DNA of 64,000 nt from Candidatus Multivoradales bacterium (GCA_965223325.1 CBDCWI010000001.1:1152001-1216000); one strand, 5' to 3'; numbered from the stretch's first letter, positions 8,800 through 19,092 are shown. Numbers and translations are program-made. The notes: a model not told the origin generated them from the sequence alone.

Positions 8800-10158
8800 C
8801 TATTTCACGCGGCGGCCGTTCTTGATCACGATGTCGACGTTCGACAGCCGATCGATGAAGCGAAGCACATCACCACGCACCGCAATGATGTCGGCCTTCT
8901 TGCCCTCGGAGACCGTACCCACCTCCTCGTTCACACCCTGCGCTACCGCCGGCCAGTAGGTCGCCGCCTGAATGGCTGCCATTGCGTCCATGCCAAAGGT
9001 GTTGACCCAGGTCTCGAGCTCGCGCCAGGTCGCGTCACTATGGAAGTTGAGCGGCACCCCGCTGTCGGTGCCAATCAGCAAGACGACACCCGAAGCCCTC
9101 AGCTGCTCGAACTTGCGGGCCAGGGTCGGTCGCCGCACGGGCATCAGCTGGTAGTAGTCGAGACGTTCGAGGTTCTCGAGCGACCCCCTCACGTCTTCGA
9201 TGACGTCTGCAGGGAGGCCGCGGTGCCACCGCGGGTCATCGATGCGCTCGGGGTTGTCACGGGTGTACTCGTACAAAAAGAGCGGTGAGATGGTTGGCGT
9301 CCAGAACAGGGTGTTGGCGCGGCTCTTCATCAGCTCGAAGACGTCATCCGGATACTCCGGCGCCGTACCCAGACCGGTGTGCTCGAAGTTGTCGACACCG
9401 GCGATGATGCCGCGCCGAATCTCCTCGGGTCGATGGGAGTGAGCGATCACCGGCAGGTCGCGAGCATGCGCGGCATCGACGATCGCCTCGACCTCGTCCA
9501 TTGTCATCTGGTCCTGATCGATCAGTTTGATCAGGTCGACTCCGGCATCGGCCAGCTTGTCGACTTTCTGGCGCGCGTCAAGAACGCCGTCGATACCCCA
9601 GCGAAACCGCTCGGTCCCCGGGTAGGGCTCGTGCTGGAGAAAGGGGCCCGAGACGTAGAGCGTTGGCCCGAGCATCTTGCCGGCATTGATCGCGTCGCGG
9701 ATCGCCAGAATCTCCTCGAGCGGTGCCCCGAGATCACGTGCACTGGTCACCCCGGCCAGCAAGAGCTGTTCTGCCGCCGCCGGCATGATGTCTTTCTGCC
9801 AGCGATCGATGTACTCCCGGTCCCAATGGTCGTAGTCGGAGTGGCCGACCAGCATGAGGTGAACGTGCATGTCCCAGAGACCGGGGAGCACGCTCATGCC
9901 CTCGGTCGAAATCACTTCGGTTCCCGCCGGCAGCTCGAAGTCACCCTCTTGACCCACCCGAACGATGCGATCGCCTTCGATGAGAACGACGCTGTCTTCG
10001 ACCGGACGACCGCCGAAGCCATCGATCAAACGACCACCGACCAGGGCGACGCTCTCTGCTGTTGCCGCCGGCGGGAAAAGCACCAACAGAACGAAGGCCA
10101 GCGGAATCAATCGCCGACAGGAAGGCAAGGAGAGGCTCGTCTGACCAACCCAGCGCAT
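8800..10158 (-). CDS. Metal-dependent amidohydrolase family protein
   Basis: LPGLWDMHVHL, GVTSARDLG, IAHSH, FEHTG, IGTDSG, GKKADIIAV; N-terminal signal peptide. Confidence 0.9.
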   Translation of the reverse strand: MRWVGQTSLSLPSCRRLIPLAFVLLVLFPPAATAESVALVGGRLIDGFGGRPVEDSVVLIEGDRIVRVGQEGDFELPAGTEVISTEGMSVLPGLWDMHVHLMLVGHSDYDHWDREYIDRWQKDIMPAAAEQLLLAGVTSARDLGAPLEEILAIRDAINAGKMLGPTLYVSGPFLQHEPYPGTERFRWGIDGVLDARQKVDKLADAGVDLIKLIDQDQMTMDEVEAIVDAAHARDLPVIAHSHRPEEIRRGIIAGVDNFEHTGLGTAPEYPDDVFELMKSRANTLFWTPTISPLFLYEYTRDNPERIDDPRWHRGLPADVIEDVRGSLENLERLDYYQLMPVRRPTLARKFEQLRASGVVLLIGTDSGVPLNFHSDATWRELETWVNTFGMDAMAAIQAATYWPAVAQGVNEEVGTVSEGKKADIIAVRGDVLRFIDRLSNVDIVIKNGRRVK

Positions 10159-10487
10159 TAGCGGTAGTCGTCGCGCGTGGGTTGGAAAACGTCGAGGATG
10201 CGGCTCGCGGTCACCGCCCGGCCGGAGTGCGGAACGTTGGACGGAATCACCAACACCGAACCGGGCTCGAGACGATGCGTCGTTTCACCGACGGTGAGCT
10301 CGAAGACGCCTTCGAGGACATGCGCCGCCTGTTCGTGAACATGTGCGTGCTCTGGCAGCTCTGCCCCTTCGGTGACCTCCCAGAAGGCGAGGGTCATCTG
10401 GTCGCCATGAACGAAGCGCCCCAGAAAGCCCGGCACGGGCTCGATCGGGGCGATGGCCGAAAGGTCGTAGGGCACCGCGTCGGTCAC
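10158..10487 (-). CDS. Cupin domain protein
   Basis: PEHAHVHEQ...VLEG, IPSNVPHSG, DVFQPTRDDY. Confidence 0.9.
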   Translation of the reverse strand: MTDAVPYDLSAIAPIEPVPGFLGRFVHGDQMTLAFWEVTEGAELPEHAHVHEQAAHVLEGVFELTVGETTHRLEPGSVLVIPSNVPHSGRAVTASRILDVFQPTRDDYR

Positions 10488-10906
10488 GGGTCGAGCCTGG
10501 CGGTCGCCGAGCCCTTGACGACGGTCACACCATCCTGGTTGTTGGTGACCACCGCCAGATCAACCAGTTCTTCCCCGCTCTCCTCCCGCAACGCCTCGAC
10601 CGTGGTGGTGGTCGTCAACGTGTCTCCTGGCCACACCTGGGCGGTAAAGCGCACGCCGTAGTTTCGCAGTCGGCCGTCGCCAACGATGTCGGTGACAGCC
10701 CGCCCGGTCATGCCCATGGTCAGCATGCCGTGAGCGAAGACGGCCGGATAGCCGGCGACTTCCATAGCGAAGACCTCGTCGGTGTGCAGGGGGTTGTAGT
10801 CACCGGAGGCGCCGGCGTACTGAACGATCTGGGTGCGAGTGAGGTTGTCGACAACCACGGTCTCCCAGCTCTTGCCGACTTCGAGTTCCGATTTCTTGAG
10901 TGCCAT
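10484..10906 (-). CDS. MaoC/PaaZ C-terminal-type dehydratase (catalytic hot-dog subunit)
   Basis: YAGASGDYNPLHTDE, AHGMLTMG, VRFTAQVWPGD; start MALKKSEL at 10906 with AGGA RBS. Confidence 0.9.
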   Translation of the reverse strand: MALKKSELEVGKSWETVVVDNLTRTQIVQYAGASGDYNPLHTDEVFAMEVAGYPAVFAHGMLTMGMTGRAVTDIVGDGRLRNYGVRFTAQVWPGDTLTTTTTVEALREESGEELVDLAVVTNNQDGVTVVKGSATARLDP

Positions 10907-10907
10907 G

Positions 10908-11402
10908 TCAGCTTTCCTCCTGCTGGACGACCTTCTCGGTCTGAACACCAACCGAGCGTGCGGTGACGACGAGTTCACCACTTGGGTCGCGATACTCCGT
11001 GATCTGCGACGAGAACTTGAGCTTGCCGCCCTTGCGGCCTTCCTTCTCCCAGCTCTCACCAGGCTTCGTTGACACGGTAAGCACTTCGCCAGCGCGCAGC
11101 GGCCGGTGGTACTCGAAGTGCTGCTCGGCATGCAGACCGGTGCCGCCCGCCAGCTTCTCGGGAGGCACGCCGCTCGGTGTCTTGCCCGAACCGAACCACG
11201 CCTCGCCAAACTTCGGTCGTAAGGGGTAGTCCGGGTTGAACTGGGCCGAAGACTGAACAAACGTCGGCGGCGCGACGATGCCACCAACTTCGGTTTCTTT
11301 GGCCGCTTCTTCATCGTGATACACGGGGTTGGGATCGCCGACCGAGCGCGCAAAACGCTGGATGTGGCCTGCCTCGACGAGGAAACGGAACGACTCCGCC
11401 AT
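10908..11402 (-). CDS. MaoC-family dehydratase N-terminal (FAS1-like hot-dog) subunit
   Basis: FARSVGDPNPVY, APPTF, LHAEQHFEYHRPL; directly upstream of the MaoC gene. Confidence 0.85.
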   Translation of the reverse strand: MAESFRFLVEAGHIQRFARSVGDPNPVYHDEEAAKETEVGGIVAPPTFVQSSAQFNPDYPLRPKFGEAWFGSGKTPSGVPPEKLAGGTGLHAEQHFEYHRPLRAGEVLTVSTKPGESWEKEGRKGGKLKFSSQITEYRDPSGELVVTARSVGVQTEKVVQQEES

Positions 11403-11513
11403 GAGGGTCTCCTTCTCTCTACGCCCACCGCAAGCGGGCCGCAGGTCTGTTTTGGAACTGTTGGTTGTGTGGCGCCATTATGCACCGTTTGCAGAGAGCG
11501 GGGGCAGAACCAG

Positions 11514-11546
11514 GAAAGGCCCGCCGGGAGAACCCGACGGGCCTTC
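11514..11546 (-). terminator. Intrinsic terminator-like hairpin after the crystallin-domain gene
   Basis: Minus strand AAGGCCCGTCGGG-TTCT-CCCGGCGGGCCTT followed by a short pyrimidine tail. Confidence 0.65.
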
Positions 11547-11568
11547 TGGAACCGAAGTGCCGAGCGGC

Positions 11569-12699
11569 TCAGCGACAGGAGACGCGCAGCGACGAAACGC
11601 TATCGTTGCCCACCGGCGAGCCGTTCAGGCTATAGACCGGACCTTCGACCTGCCAGCGACGGCCCCCGAAGTTGATGTCGGTGTAGAGCTCGGCGACGCA
11701 ACCCTCGTCAACACGGATGGAGCTCGCAGCATCGTTGCCGAGCGCCGAGCGGCCAAGGTCAGGCACGGCACCCTGGAAGGTCTCGTTGCGACCTTCGAAG
11801 TTGTCATGCTCGAAGAGAGTGGCACCGCGCGCGGTGCCGCCGCAGTAGACCTTGAGCGAAGAAACGGTGTCGTTGCCAATCGGCGTGCCCGAGAGGCTGT
11901 AGACCGGACCTTCAACGCTCCAGCTGCGACCGCGGAAGTCGATGTCCTCGAAGAGCTCGGCGCGGCAACCGGCATCGACGCGGATGGAGCTCATCGTGTC
12001 ATTGCCCACGGCGCTCCGCCGCAGGTCTCGAACGTCGCCGTAGAAGGTGTCGCTGCGGCCGCCGAAGTTGGCCGCCTCGAAGACCGTCACTCCACCCGGA
12101 CCCTGGTTGCCACCCGGGCCGGGGGCGCGCTCGACCGTTCCAGTCGCCGCTGCCTGCGGGTCGTAGACTTCGAGACGAATGTCGCCGACGCGCATTGACC
12201 CATCGATCGGCGAGGTGATGGTGTAACGCACGATGGTGGGAGTGCGGTTACCCGCCATGACGTCGTTGCCGGTGATGTTGGTCGTACCGAGGCTCTCGTT
12301 CTGGCGCGAAAGGTAGGCGCGGTTCTTACCCGAGATGACCTCCCAGGTCGCAGTAGGCAGGCGCGGCGCACGGTTCGGGTTGTGGGTCAGCCCGACGACC
12401 CGCAGGCGCAGGGTTTCTCCGACCGCTAGACGCAGGCCGTCCTGCGCCCGGATGCGCTCGCGCTCTTGCTTGATCTTGGTGTCAAAGACGTCGATTGCAA
12501 CCGAAGCGATCTGCGGGCCTGACTGTGCATTGACCTGCCCCTGTCCGGGAGGTGTCGTCGGGCGCACGCGGCCCTGCTGACTGAAAGCCGCCCCCGCCAT
12601 GAGGGCGCACAGGGCGAGAGCAGTAACGGCCGCCAGCGGCCGCGAAGCAACAGTGGTTGATTGGCGCGTCGAGAACGGTCTCGAAGTTGGCTTCTTCAT
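11569..12699 (-). CDS. Secreted beta/gamma-crystallin domain protein (two domains, four motifs)
   Basis: AAGGA RBS, signal peptide; FEAANFGG...GNDTMSSIRV, GNDTVSSLKV, GNDAASSIRV, GNDSVSSLRV. Confidence 0.85.
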   Translation of the reverse strand: MKKPTSRPFSTRQSTTVASRPLAAVTALALCALMAGAAFSQQGRVRPTTPPGQGQVNAQSGPQIASVAIDVFDTKIKQERERIRAQDGLRLAVGETLRLRVVGLTHNPNRAPRLPTATWEVISGKNRAYLSRQNESLGTTNITGNDVMAGNRTPTIVRYTITSPIDGSMRVGDIRLEVYDPQAAATGTVERAPGPGGNQGPGGVTVFEAANFGGRSDTFYGDVRDLRRSAVGNDTMSSIRVDAGCRAELFEDIDFRGRSWSVEGPVYSLSGTPIGNDTVSSLKVYCGGTARGATLFEHDNFEGRNETFQGAVPDLGRSALGNDAASSIRVDEGCVAELYTDINFGGRRWQVEGPVYSLNGSPVGNDSVSSLRVSCR

Positions 12700-12912
12700 C
12701 GTAGTTTCCTTCAGAAGCGCTGGAAGCACCAGCACCTCAGGTGTTTGCTCGAGGAGTATGTTCTGGATTCGTATACATCTTGAAGTGTGGGCCGCGGAAA
12801 CGCCGGCCCTTGTTGTTTGAGTCTTGCACGCGCCAGCCGAATCCGCATTGCGCAAAGGTTGCTGCAGTTCCCGGGGCGCGGTACAGAACCCTGAACCAGC
12901 TCGCCCCAGGGC

Positions 12913-14685
12913 CTATTCCGCGCTCGACCTGGCGCCGGTTTCGTCGACGAAAAGCAGGTTGACGAACGGGTCGAGCACGACGGCGCCGAGCTCGCCGCCT
13001 CTTCGCCTGGGGAGCCTGACTCGGGTGGTGCGCTCGTCGGTTGGAACGACCAGCCGGAGGTCGGGCGCGCCTTCGAAGCCCACCTCGACCTCGAGGTTCA
13101 TCGGCTTCTCCTGCAGCTGCTCGAGCACCAGCAGCTGACGACCTCCGCGCCCCGGAAGCGTCGTCGTTCGAGCTCGCAGACGGGGGAGTTCTTCGCGACG
13201 AAGCCATTGTTCGAAGAAGGCATCGAGATTTCGCCCCGCGACTTCTTCCATCACGCTTTCGAAGTCTAGAGAACTCGCATTGCGATGCCGAAAGCGTTCA
13301 TGAAAGGTCCGCAGCCCCCGCCAGAAGAGCCGGTCCCCTACCTGCCGCCTCAACATGTGCAACACCCAGGCACCGCGCTGGTACGTATGCGGCCCCAGCA
13401 GAGTCTCGAGATCGACGTCGGCCTCCGACTCGAGCTGCACCACGACCGTCCGTTCGCTGGCCTGTCGTACGACAACTCGGCGGGCGCGCTCGAGGGTCTC
13501 ACGTAGGGCCGCCGCGCCCTCGGTCTCCTCTTGATAGAGCGCCGCCAGGTAGGTGGCGAACCCTTCAGACAACCAGACGTGATTCCAGGTCTCCTCGGTC
13601 AGCGAGTCGCCAAACCACTGGTGGGCGATTTCGTGCGCCAGGAGACCCGTGAGCTTGCCTTCGCCGGTCACCGCCGCCTCGCGATAGAACGGGTTGCCGG
13701 CGTTTTCGAGACCGCCCCATCGGGTCGTCGACTGCACGTTGGCGAGCTTGGCCCACGGGTAGGTGCCCAACCGGCGGTCGAAGAACTCCAGAATGTCGAG
13801 AGCCGGTGCAAAGTCGGCCCAGCCCGCCTCCCGATCCTGCGGGTACACCCAACTGGTCACCGGAACCGAGCCCACCTGGCCAACCTTCTCGACCGCGAAA
13901 CGGGCCACGCCAACCGCCATGACCTTGGTCGCGATGGGCGCGTCGCTCTGCCAGGTAGTCCGTCGCAAGCCGCCTTCGAGATCGGTCTCTTCGAGCAGCG
14001 AACCACAGCCAACGACCTGGTAGATCGCCGGCGCCGTCACCCGAAAGCCACAGCGCGCCTTGTCCGACGGATGGTCGCGGACCGGCAGCCAGTGGCGTGC
14101 ACGGTCGGGCCAGTTGTCGGCGAAGATCGTGCCCTCGCCATGGCGGTTGCGGGCCATGACCAGACCTTCGGCGGGTCGCCCCGAGTAGTCGACACGGACC
14201 AGCACTTCACGCCGCTCTTCAACGCCCGGCCCGGCAGCGAGATCCGTGAGATCGATCGACAACCGGTCGTTGTGGTGTTCGAACGCCAGCTCGACGCGTT
14301 CAACACGGTCGTAGGAGCGGCGGTCTTCGGTCGTGCCGAGAGCATCGAAACCCCCCGAGACGGCCACAACGGTCATGCCACTGGGCGGGAGCTGCGAACC
14401 TGTCGTGGCCTCGCTTCCGCCTTCGCCGGCGGACCCTCCCACCAGGTCGAGCACCAACCGCTCGCAACGTTCACACGCCAGCTCGATCCATGCACTGCCG
14501 GTGATTGTCGGCACTTCAGGATCGAGCACCAGATCAAAGCGATAGGCCAGGATGTCCTCACCGGGCTCGCGCTCCAGATCACGCACCGGTGCCGCGGCCA
14601 AAAGAGCCTCGGTGAGACCCAGCAGGGCCACGAGAGCAATCGCCGCACGCACCGCAGACCTCTCGCGATGAAGCACCTCTCTCAT
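12913..14685 (-). CDS. M1 family metallo-aminopeptidase
   Basis: GGLEN exopeptidase motif, LAHEIAHQWFG...WLSEGFATY, YQRGAWVLHMLR. Confidence 0.9.
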   Translation of the reverse strand: MREVLHRERSAVRAAIALVALLGLTEALLAAAPVRDLEREPGEDILAYRFDLVLDPEVPTITGSAWIELACERCERLVLDLVGGSAGEGGSEATTGSQLPPSGMTVVAVSGGFDALGTTEDRRSYDRVERVELAFEHHNDRLSIDLTDLAAGPGVEERREVLVRVDYSGRPAEGLVMARNRHGEGTIFADNWPDRARHWLPVRDHPSDKARCGFRVTAPAIYQVVGCGSLLEETDLEGGLRRTTWQSDAPIATKVMAVGVARFAVEKVGQVGSVPVTSWVYPQDREAGWADFAPALDILEFFDRRLGTYPWAKLANVQSTTRWGGLENAGNPFYREAAVTGEGKLTGLLAHEIAHQWFGDSLTEETWNHVWLSEGFATYLAALYQEETEGAAALRETLERARRVVVRQASERTVVVQLESEADVDLETLLGPHTYQRGAWVLHMLRRQVGDRLFWRGLRTFHERFRHRNASSLDFESVMEEVAGRNLDAFFEQWLRREELPRLRARTTTLPGRGGRQLLVLEQLQEKPMNLEVEVGFEGAPDLRLVVPTDERTTRVRLPRRRGGELGAVVLDPFVNLLFVDETGARSSAE

Positions 14686-14699
14686 GCGAGAATCATTGC

Positions 14700-15119
14700 A
14701 TGGCAGTGTTGGCCATCAACGACGAACTCGAGATCGACGAAGACGACTTCGAAGAGACGTTCGTGCGCTCGCCAGGACCCGGCGGCCAGAACGTCAACAA
14801 GGTGGCGACCGCCGTCCAGCTACGTTTTCCTGTAGGCGACAGCGACTTGCCCGTAGCCGTCAAGGAGCGCCTCCGCATCCTCGCCGGCTCACGGCTGACC
14901 AAGAACGACGCGGTCCTCCTGTCGAGCAGTCGCTTCCGCACCCGCGAACGCAACCGCGCCGACGTCCGCGAGCGATTGGTTGCTCTGATCGCCAAGGCAG
15001 CCAAGCCGCGAAAGAAGCGCCGCAAGACCAAACCTTCGCGCTCGTCGAAGGAGAGGCGCCTGGCCGGAAAGAAGCGCCAGAGCGACAAGAAGCGCCTGCG
15101 CAAGCCGCCAACCGAGTGA
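14700..15119 (+). CDS. arfB: Alternative ribosome rescue factor B (peptidyl-tRNA hydrolase)
   Basis: FVRSPGPGGQNVNKVATAVQLRF and basic tail RRKTKPSRSSKERRL..KK. Confidence 0.95.
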   Translation: MAVLAINDELEIDEDDFEETFVRSPGPGGQNVNKVATAVQLRFPVGDSDLPVAVKERLRILAGSRLTKNDAVLLSSSRFRTRERNRADVRERLVALIAKAAKPRKKRRKTKPSRSSKERRLAGKKRQSDKKRLRKPPTE

Positions 15120-15200
15120 TCGGTGATCTGTCGAGGAGGGACAAAACAGAGATCGAGTGCGAGGACGGCTCTGGCGCTGGCGTTTCACTGGAACGGAGTA

Positions 15201-17039
15201 CTAGCCGCCGGCAGCGCTCGCGCTGGGCCGGGCCTTCTGCTCGGCAATCCAACGCTCGATCTGCTGGGCGAGGACCGGTAGGGGCACCGAACCCTTGGCG
15301 AGCACCGCGTCGTGGAAAGAGCGCACGTCAAAGGCGGCGCCGAGCTCATCTTCGGCCAGTCGGCGCAATCTTCTGATCTCGATCTCCCCCATCTTGTAGG
15401 CCAACGCCTGACCGGGCCAGCTGATGTAGCGGTCGGTTTCAGTGGAAGTCTCGTGAAGCGAAAGCGCGGTATTCGAACGCAGGTAGTCGAGCATCTGATC
15501 GCGAGTCCAACCCATCGCGTGGACCCCGGTATCGACGACCAGACGACACGCGCGCCACATCTCATAGGTCAGACGACCAAAGTTGCTGTAGGGGTCTTCG
15601 TAGAAGCCCGCCTCGAGGCCAAGGTACTCAGAGTAGAGGCCCCAACCCTCGCCGAACGCCGAGAGATAGGTGTGTCGCCTGAAGGTCGGCACGCCTTCGA
15701 GCTCGCGCGCCAGCGCCCCCTGCAGGTGGTGACCTGGCACCGCTTCGTGCAGCGAAAGCGCCTCGAGCGCGTAGAACGGCCGACTTGGCAGGTTGTAGAC
15801 GTTGACCCAGTAGATGCCCGGGCGACCGCTACCCTCGGCCGGGCCAACGTAGCGCCCGGCGGTGTACTTCGGAGCGATCGAATCCGGTACCGGCTCGACG
15901 GTGTACGGCAGGCGCGGCAGCTTCCCGAACAGCGACGGCAGCTTGCCGTCCATCTTCTTCGAAATCCAGGCGGCGCGCTCGAGCAGATCCTCAGCGGTCT
16001 TCGGGTAGAAGCGCTCGTCGGTTCGCAAGAACGTCAGGAACTCGTCGAAGGTGCCTTCGAAACCAACCTCCTCGACGATCGCCTCCATCTCGGAGCGAAT
16101 GCGCGCGACCTCGCGGCGCCCGATGTCGTGGATCTCCTGCGGCGTCATGTCGAGGGTGGTGTACTGCCAGATCTGGTGGGCGTAGTAGTCGCGCCCGTTG
16201 GGCAGGTCGTAGGCACCGAGCGTCTCGCGCGCACCCGGCTGGTACTCATCGAGAAAGAACCGCAACAGGGTCTTGTAGGCCGCCACCGGGCCCTCCATGA
16301 TCGCCTTCCGACCGGCCGCACGCAGCCGCTCATGGTCGGACTCGGGGACGGCCACCGGAAACTTCTCGAACGGCTCCCAGAAGTCACTCTCGGTGGGATC
16401 GGCAACCACATGGGCCTCGATCCCCGCCTCATAGCCCTCGATGGTGACGCGCGGCAGTGTCATGCCACTGGCCAGGCCAGCGCGCAGGTTGTCGATCTGC
16501 TCGCCGAAGTAGCGCGGCGTCTGCTCGAGACGCGTGAGATAGTTCTCGTAGTCCGCGGTGGTCTTGAAGGTCATCCTCTTCGACAAGCGCGCAAAGCCGG
16601 AGTGGAACCCTGAATCGGCGTTCCAGGGCAGCTGCCAGTCGCCCAGCTCGTCGCTCCGAACGCGGTTCTTGATGCCGCGCTCGAACATCTCGAGGTTGAT
16701 CACATCGTCTTCGCTGAGCGTTTTGCGATCGATCTTCGCCAGCCTCGTCTGCAGGTCGCGGTAGTAGCGCATATCGGTGGCGCGAAACGCGGGGGTCACC
16801 GTCGGCAGCTGGTCGTCGAGGCGATGGTCGCCAACACCAGTCGCAAACAGCGGCTGCGTGTTCAGCCGGTGTTCCCATTCTTCGTCAAAGAGGTCCCAGA
16901 GCACCGGCGAGTGACCCGGTGGGCGCTCCTCGGCCACGGCCGCCGCTCCCGAGAAGACCAGCGCCGTGAGCAGAAAGAGAAAGAAAACGGCGCACCAACG
17001 GTGCCCCCCAACGGTGCGGGCCGGGACGCGGCGCATCAT
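15201..17039 (-). CDS. DUF885 family exported protein
   Basis: GGAGG RBS before ATG 17039; LHEAVPGHHLQ, AFGEGWGLYSE, WRACRLVVDTGVH, DRYISWPGQALAYKMG. Confidence 0.9.
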   Translation of the reverse strand: MMRRVPARTVGGHRWCAVFFLFLLTALVFSGAAAVAEERPPGHSPVLWDLFDEEWEHRLNTQPLFATGVGDHRLDDQLPTVTPAFRATDMRYYRDLQTRLAKIDRKTLSEDDVINLEMFERGIKNRVRSDELGDWQLPWNADSGFHSGFARLSKRMTFKTTADYENYLTRLEQTPRYFGEQIDNLRAGLASGMTLPRVTIEGYEAGIEAHVVADPTESDFWEPFEKFPVAVPESDHERLRAAGRKAIMEGPVAAYKTLLRFFLDEYQPGARETLGAYDLPNGRDYYAHQIWQYTTLDMTPQEIHDIGRREVARIRSEMEAIVEEVGFEGTFDEFLTFLRTDERFYPKTAEDLLERAAWISKKMDGKLPSLFGKLPRLPYTVEPVPDSIAPKYTAGRYVGPAEGSGRPGIYWVNVYNLPSRPFYALEALSLHEAVPGHHLQGALARELEGVPTFRRHTYLSAFGEGWGLYSEYLGLEAGFYEDPYSNFGRLTYEMWRACRLVVDTGVHAMGWTRDQMLDYLRSNTALSLHETSTETDRYISWPGQALAYKMGEIEIRRLRRLAEDELGAAFDVRSFHDAVLAKGSVPLPVLAQQIERWIAEQKARPSASAAGG

Positions 17040-17137
17040 GAGAACCTCCCTACGATTCACAGAGTTACAGTGTGCGACACCCTACCTCGCGTCGTCTCGG
17101 CACGCTCACCTGGTGGCGGTGACCGGCGCCGGCCGCC

Positions 17138-17166
17138 TTGCAGATACACCGCCAAGTCGGTATATT
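17138..17166 (+). promoter_or_regulatory. Putative sigma70 promoter for the DUF1800/DUF1501 pair
   Basis: TTGCAG-N17-TATATT followed by an AT-rich stretch. Confidence 0.5.
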
Positions 17167-17267
17167 GCACTTATTCTATTAATCGACCCACGGATGTTCC
17201 GCGTGGGTCAATGCGCCCGCTCCCTTTCTGCCACCTTAGTTTGACCTTTGTTGATGAGGAGTTTGCA

Positions 17268-19022
17268 ATGAGTTATCGGTTGCATCCGGTAGCACCGGGT
17301 CACACGCGTACGCGCCGCAGTGGTCGGCGCGAGTACCGGGAGCTGCGCCGCCAGCAGCGCCGCGGCATGACACGTCTCGCCGACGCGATTCGAAGCGCCG
17401 GGTCGCACCGCGCTTCGCGCTCACCCTCATTCGAGCGCTTGACCCAGGAGGGCAGCGCACCTTCGCGACCTCCCCTGCACGTCATCGTCATGTGCAGGCT
17501 GGGCTTCGGCGTGCGCGCGGGCTACCTGAGTGAGTGGAACGCCCTCGGCTCAAACGACCCTGACCGGCTCGAGAGCTGGCTCCTCCAGCAGCTCGACCCC
17601 GAGAGCATCAACGACAGCGACTGCGACAACCGCATCAGCAACGCCAACTTCACGACCCTCGGCAAGACGGCCGACCAGGTCTGGGCCGACCACGTCGTGC
17701 CCGACCCCGAATGGGAAGTCTGGCGCCGGCCCTTTACCGAGACCGAGCTGGTGACCATGCTGCGCGCCGTCTATTCGAAGCGCCAGCTCTACGAAGCCAC
17801 GGTGCGTTTCTGGCACGACCACTTCAGCATCTATGGCGAGGAAGTCTCACCGTACTTTCTGACCTACGACCGCGACGTCATCCGACCCAACGCGTTCGGA
17901 AACTTCGAAACCATGCTGAAGGGGGTCGCACGTCACCCCGCAATGCTCGAGTACCTCGACAACAAGCGCAACTCCTACGTGCCCTACCTCGAGAACGACG
18001 GCATCAACGAGAACTACGCCCGTGAACTGCTCGAGCTGCACACGCTCGGCGATGAGCACTACTTCAAGGGTGTACACCCCGACGACGTTCCCCGCGACGG
18101 CGCTCTGGCGGTTGGCTATACCGACTTCGACGTCACCATGGCAGCACGTTGTTTGACCGGTTGGACGATCTCCGACCAGGACTGGGACCCGGAGGTCGGC
18201 TACACGGGCCGCTTCAAGTACATGCACTCCTGGCATGACACAGTGACCGACAAGGTCATCCTCGGCGCACCGATCAACGGCAAGGACGAGCCCACCAAAG
18301 AAGGCATGCGACTCTTGCGGCGCCTGGCTCGCCACCGCAGCACCGCGCTTTTCATCGCGCGCAAGATGTGCCGTCGCTTCATCGCCGACGAGCCACCCGA
18401 GTCGCTCGTACAGAGCACCGCTGACGTCTTCATGGCAGGTCTCGACTCGGACAGCCAAATCGCCGACATGATCTGGCACATCGCAACCTCGACCGCCTTC
18501 GCCACGACCTGGGGCCAGAAAGTGAGGCGCCCCTGGGAGATCTTCATCGCAGCGATGCGCGCCAGCGGTGCCGAGTTCGAGTTTGACGAGACCGACACCT
18601 ACCTCGGTCTGCTCTGGTGGATGTCGGTCATCGGGCACCTGCCGTTCCATTGGGAACCACCCGACGGCTATCCCGATACTCGCGAGGCCTGGATCAGCAG
18701 CTCACCGCGAGTGATGAGCTGGGACTTCGTGGCGTACCTGACCGCTGTACGCCGCGACAACTGGGAAGGCCCCTACTACGCCGACATGGTCAGCGCGACG
18801 CCGGCAGACAAGAACACTGCCAACGAGCTGGTCGACTACTGGGCCAACCGCATCTTCAGGCGCAGCCTGCCGGCGGCCGAGCGTGCCGTCCTGCGTGACT
18901 ACATGGCCAACGGCGCCGGCCCCGACGACGCGCTCAACTTCGACGACTGGTGGGACGCCCCGGCGAGAATGCAGGCTATGGTTTCCTTGATGTTCTCTTC
19001 CCCGTCGTTCTTGTTCCTCTAA
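17268..19022 (+). CDS. DUF1800 family protein
   Basis: GAGGAG RBS before ATG 17268; FWHDHFS, HPAMLEYLDN, INENYARELLELHTLG, ARCLTGWT, PPDGYP. Confidence 0.9.
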   Translation: MSYRLHPVAPGHTRTRRSGRREYRELRRQQRRGMTRLADAIRSAGSHRASRSPSFERLTQEGSAPSRPPLHVIVMCRLGFGVRAGYLSEWNALGSNDPDRLESWLLQQLDPESINDSDCDNRISNANFTTLGKTADQVWADHVVPDPEWEVWRRPFTETELVTMLRAVYSKRQLYEATVRFWHDHFSIYGEEVSPYFLTYDRDVIRPNAFGNFETMLKGVARHPAMLEYLDNKRNSYVPYLENDGINENYARELLELHTLGDEHYFKGVHPDDVPRDGALAVGYTDFDVTMAARCLTGWTISDQDWDPEVGYTGRFKYMHSWHDTVTDKVILGAPINGKDEPTKEGMRLLRRLARHRSTALFIARKMCRRFIADEPPESLVQSTADVFMAGLDSDSQIADMIWHIATSTAFATTWGQKVRRPWEIFIAAMRASGAEFEFDETDTYLGLLWWMSVIGHLPFHWEPPDGYPDTREAWISSSPRVMSWDFVAYLTAVRRDNWEGPYYADMVSATPADKNTANELVDYWANRIFRRSLPAAERAVLRDYMANGAGPDDALNFDDWWDAPARMQAMVSLMFSSPSFLFL

Positions 19023-19092
19023 GAGAACGCCCCGGCTCACCCCGTCAGGAAGCTTCCCTAATCTGAACTCCGATCCGAAGAGAGACTGACCG

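Noticed and set aside
13531-16613. Long plus-strand ORFs 13531..14835 and 15312..16613
   Set aside because: Antisense shadows of the M1 peptidase and DUF885 genes, typical of high-GC DNA; no motifs.
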